DNA from: Candidatus Heimdallarchaeum aukensis
GTDB lineage: Archaea; Asgardarchaeota; Heimdallarchaeia; Heimdallarchaeales; Heimdallarchaeaceae
Length of the DNA: 64,000 bases
Assembly (NCBI GenBank): GCA_021513695.1
Contig: CP084166.1
Location: forward strand, 1,536,001-1,600,000
Direction of reading: 5' to 3'
In this document: positions 60,730-64,000 of the stretch, piece by piece
Numbering within the stretch: position 1 is the first letter of the stretch
Layout: each line of letters begins with the position of its first letter
The notes under the pieces: model-generated
Databases searched by the model: none
Told to the model about the DNA's origin: nothing
Seen by the model: the letters and a program-made list of their open reading frames with translations, nothing else
Translations under genes and position numbers: made by a program

Positions 60730-61272
60730 TTACTTTCTATTTTTGACTAAAAGTGTAGCTAGTTTCACAAATGCTTCTTGAACATGTTCTCCTGTAAGTG
60801 CACTTGTTTTTATGAAATCCAAACTATTGATTTTGTTTTGTAATGATTTACATTCATCATCTGATACAGCAATTTTATCTTCTAAATCATTTTTATTTCC
60901 AACTAAGATGGTAAGGGTGTTCTTTCCACAGTTTTTAACAAGTTCAGAGTTCCATTTCTCTAGATCAGTTAGTGTTGAATTCCTGGTTAAATCGAAAACC
61001 ATCAGTGCTGCTTTTGCTCCTTTAAAGAAAGTATGTCTTATAAACCTAAATCTATCTTGTCCTGCTAGATCCCAAATTGAAAGAGCTACAACTGTATTGT
61101 CCTCTAATGTAACAAATTTCTCACTCGGTTCCATACCTATTGTCATCAGATAACTTTGTTCAAAACGATTATGAACAAAACGTTGTACAAGAGATGTCTT
61201 TCCTACAGCGGCGGCACCTAATAGAAGTATTTTGAAATTGAAATCAGGACGAATTGAACGCATTATTCTCAA
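60730..61272 (-). CDS. Ras/Rab-like small GTPase
   Basis: G1 GAAAVGKTSL, G3 WDLAGQDRF, G4 GNKNDL, G5 SAL; 180 aa. Confidence 0.85.
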   Translation of the reverse strand: MRIMRSIRPDFNFKILLLGAAAVGKTSLVQRFVHNRFEQSYLMTIGMEPSEKFVTLEDNTVVALSIWDLAGQDRFRFIRHTFFKGAKAALMVFDLTRNSTLTDLEKWNSELVKNCGKNTLTILVGNKNDLEDKIAVSDDECKSLQNKINSLDFIKTSALTGEHVQEAFVKLATLLVKNRK

Positions 61273-61275
61273 CTT

Positions 61276-61572
61276 TTACATTTTTTTTGCTTTTACAAGC
61301 TCTTCTTTTAAACTTTTAAGATAGTATGTTTCAAAATTTTCTTCTGCGCGTTTAATAGTAGTAAGAGAAATACAGAGATCTAATATGAATTCATATTGTT
61401 CTTTTTTCTCTTTCTGTGGTTTGAATGCTTTAAATTTTTTTAATAAATACTCGGCTAACTTTGACGCTTCTTTTTTTGTTAATGTTCCTTGCTCATATAA
61501 ATTAATAATTAACTCCATTTTCTCTATAGTAATATCATTGTTAATCTCTTTTAACGACAAAATTTTACTCAT
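61276..61572 (-). CDS. Small helical hypothetical protein, apparently co-operonic with the small GTPase (4-nt spacing)
   Basis: 98 aa, K/E-rich. No motif recognised. Confidence 0.3.
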   Translation of the reverse strand: MSKILSLKEINNDITIEKMELIINLYEQGTLTKKEASKLAEYLLKKFKAFKPQKEKKEQYEFILDLCISLTTIKRAEENFETYYLKSLKEELVKAKKM

Positions 61573-61791
61573 ATGCTATCTATTCATTTTTTTCGGTTAA
61601 TATATGTTTTGCTGTTAAACTGGTTAGAAAATTGCTATCAGGGACTTATAATTAGATCAATAAATCAGATATTATATTTAAAATTGAGTAAGAAATTTCA
61701 ACAAGGATAACCTTTAGAAAAAGATAAAATAACCAAATAACTATTTTTGGGAGAAATATAAATTTAAAAATGGAAAAAAAAAATAATTTTA

Positions 61792-62499
61792 ATGACAAAA
61801 AAAACAATACTTGCTTGTTTTGCCCATCCTGATGATGAATTGGGTTGTGTTGGAACATTAGCAAACCATGCAAAAAATGGAGATAGAGTTGTAATTGCAT
61901 GGACTACTAGTGGTGAGATGGCTTCTTTTTTTGAAGGGATGAGTTTTGAAGAAGTAAAAGATATTAGAGAAAAACAAGGAAGAGAAATCGGTAAAATCAT
62001 AGGAAGTAATGTAGAAACTATTTTCTTAGGTTATGGTGACACAGAAGTCATTCCTACTAGGGAAAATGCTATTAAAATGGCAAAAATAATTGCTAAAATT
62101 AAGCCAGATGCCGTTATTAGTTGGGGATTTAATAATCGACACCCAGATCATAGAGGAACAGTACAATTATTGTATGATGCTATGACATATGCTAGAATCC
62201 CAAGAATAACAAGTCCTGACCCTCCTCACAGACCTCCATTTCATATACCCATGTTCTTATATTATGAGAAAATCAGCCCTTTACGAACAGTTTACGTAGA
62301 TATTAGTGAAACTTATCCTCAGGTAGAAAAAGCGTTTAGACTTTACGCTGATTTCTATGGATGGTCGGTAAGTGATTGGATTCATGTAAGAAGAAGAACA
62401 GATGGAATGGATTGCGGAGTAAAATTCGCAGAGAAATTTAATGTTTTTTCAAGATATGAGCCATATTCATCTTTATTACCAATAAATAATGATGCATAG
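61792..62499 (+). CDS. LmbE/PIG-L family N-acetylglucosaminyl deacetylase
   Basis: AHPDDE N-terminal motif and the HPDH metal-binding motif. Confidence 0.75.
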   Translation: MTKKTILACFAHPDDELGCVGTLANHAKNGDRVVIAWTTSGEMASFFEGMSFEEVKDIREKQGREIGKIIGSNVETIFLGYGDTEVIPTRENAIKMAKIIAKIKPDAVISWGFNNRHPDHRGTVQLLYDAMTYARIPRITSPDPPHRPPFHIPMFLYYEKISPLRTVYVDISETYPQVEKAFRLYADFYGWSVSDWIHVRRRTDGMDCGVKFAEKFNVFSRYEPYSSLLPINNDA

Positions 62500-62538
62500 A
62501 AAAATCTAGAAAAAATCCAGTGCTGATTTACTTTTTTA

Positions 62539-63162
62539 TTATTTTTCATCATCAGTTTGCTTCTCTTCTTTTTCTTCTTCATTTTCTTCTTCAAAGAAGT
62601 CATCATCAAACATTAATACACTGTCTAAAACAGAGTCAAGGGAAGGTCTTTCAGGAGGAGTTAATGGTATATCTGCTTTATCTGCAACAGAAATATCTAA
62701 AGATGAAAGATCTGCTCTCGCTCTTCTTCTCGTTGTTGGAGTCGTACTAACATATTGAATATTCTTTAACATTGATTTAACAGAACTGATTTCTTCTTTC
62801 AAATCTTTCAGAGAACTGAGTGCATTAATTTTTTCTAAAAGCTCATCTACTTTCTCTAACTCTCTTTTGGTTTTCTCTTCAAACTTTTTACTTGTTTCAG
62901 TTATCTTTGCAAACTGGCCTTCAGTTATGTTTATTCTTCTAGGAATTGAGGGTTCAGTGGGTGGAAAAAACAATGCAGGAGATGCTTTTAATTCTTCAAG
63001 AGAACCAAATTTTTCACTATGGTGTGCCTTGATTGACGCAAGAATTGCAGTTATAGGGTTTCCATATTCCGTCATTAAATCTTCAATCATATCCCATATT
63101 GCTATAGGAATTGGTACTTCTATTATTCTAGCTATCCTTTGCTTCTTTTTTTGAGAATACAT
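62539..63162 (-). CDS. Hypothetical protein with an acidic C-terminal tail
   Basis: No motif recognised. Poly-E/D C-terminus. Confidence 0.35.
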   Translation of the reverse strand: MYSQKKKQRIARIIEVPIPIAIWDMIEDLMTEYGNPITAILASIKAHHSEKFGSLEELKASPALFFPPTEPSIPRRINITEGQFAKITETSKKFEEKTKRELEKVDELLEKINALSSLKDLKEEISSVKSMLKNIQYVSTTPTTRRRARADLSSLDISVADKADIPLTPPERPSLDSVLDSVLMFDDDFFEEENEEEKEEKQTDDEK

Positions 63163-63397
63163 TATTTTCTACCAGATTAATTAGTAATTTGAGTATTTAA
63201 TTAAAGACCACTACTTTACACATCTCTGATAATACTTCTCTGTATATAAATATACTTTTTAATCTACTAAAATCAAAGAATGATAAATATTAGACAATAA
63301 TAGGAATTTTAACCTAATTAAAAAACAAACTGTTAAAATAAGAAGATAAGGTAGAAAGGAAAGATCCTTTCTCTCTCTCCCTTTTAATAGAATTTTC

Positions 63398-63670
63398 TTA
63401 TGCAGTGTCTGTTACTTTGCTTTCTTCTTGTAGGAACTCAAAAGTTTCACGTAACTCAGGAGCTAAGTAATAATAGACCGACCGCATATCTGATAGATTA
63501 GACATTTTCTTTAAAATGCCTTTTTCTAGAAGGCGTCTAATACCATAACGAACTGTTCGTTCTGGTTGTTCTACAGATGCTAAGATCTGTTTCTGTGTCA
63601 TTGGTCCTTTTTCGTCCAATACTTTTATTATATCTTCTCCGCCTCGGGGTAATTTTCGTCTTTTCATCAT
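63398..63670 (-). CDS. Small winged-helix transcriptional regulator
   Basis: 90 aa. MTQKQILASVEQPERTVRYGIRRLLEKGIL is a typical HTH recognition-helix region of the MarR/TrmB/ArsR type. Confidence 0.6.
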   Translation of the reverse strand: MMKRRKLPRGGEDIIKVLDEKGPMTQKQILASVEQPERTVRYGIRRLLEKGILKKMSNLSDMRSVYYYLAPELRETFEFLQEESKVTDTA

Positions 63671-63692
63671 GATTCACCTTTTTTTTGTTCAT

Positions 63693-63709
63693 CTAGTGTT
63701 TTACACTAG
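63693..63709. promoter_or_regulatory. Palindrome ctagtg-ttttaca-cactag in the promoter region of the winged-helix regulator gene; a second palindrome ttgag-cgtaa-ctcaa lies about 35 nt further on
   Basis: Inverted repeats read directly. Located 23 nt upstream of the regulator start codon, so a candidate operator. Confidence 0.3.
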
Positions 63710-64000
63710 CTTTAACACATGCATATTGAGCGTAACTCAATCAAACTACTGGGTTTATAAACTTTTGCCTAGTCCGAGAGCATCTCTGCTAATGCAATGA
63801 ATACGTATCATTGTTGCGTATGTTTATCCATACACACAACGCGGACTTAGGAATTCGCCCAAACCCCAAATTTATTGAAGTTACTGTTACTCAGTATTTA
63901 CTATTCTCATCTAAGTATATAATGATTTCTATGTAACAAAATAAAAAAATTATATATATTTAACCTATAAATTATTTAAAAAATCTCTTATTCTTTGAAG

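Noticed and set aside
1-64000. CRISPR arrays, rRNA genes
   Set aside because: No spaced direct-repeat arrays and no rRNA-like GC-rich blocks of suitable length. The GC-rich patches are explained by IS/TnpB relics or are too short.

Overview
AT-rich (about 30% GC) archaeal chromosome segment with dense coding on both strands. The gene content points to an Asgard (Lokiarchaeia-like) archaeon. From about 50.8 to 61.6 kb there is a eukaryote-like ESCRT/ubiquitin locus: two Snf7-family ESCRT-III genes, a Vps4 ATPase, a Vps25-like and a Vps22/36 (EAP30)-like ESCRT-II pair, a UEV/Vps23-like protein, a ubiquitin homolog, an E1-like activating enzyme and a Ras/Rab-like small GTPase. This locus is interrupted by a GC-rich, frameshifted TnpB (IS200/IS605 family) relic, and an orphan A-type ATPase c-subunit gene sits next to it. 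Elsewhere the window carries purine-biosynthesis genes, including an apparent PurC-PurS fusion, purQ, two purP paralogs, guaA and a divergently transcribed PurR-like HTH-PRTase regulator. It also carries the full glycine cleavage system (gcvT-H-PA-PB), scattered histidine-utilization genes (hutU, hutH, hutI), an ADP-forming acetyl-CoA synthetase, a thermosome subunit, an RtcB RNA ligase split by a 505-aa LAGLIDADG intein, an archease, a small IS5-like element of about 1 kb with imperfect terminal inverted repeats, two secreted parallel beta-helix proteins, an oligopeptide-type solute-binding protein flanked by paralogous small membrane proteins, and a thioredoxin plus 2x V4R (TRAPP/Bet3-like) protein. 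No rRNA or CRISPR array was found, and no tRNA could be confirmed by eye. All functional calls come from reading the translated ORFs against remembered family motifs; no searches were run.
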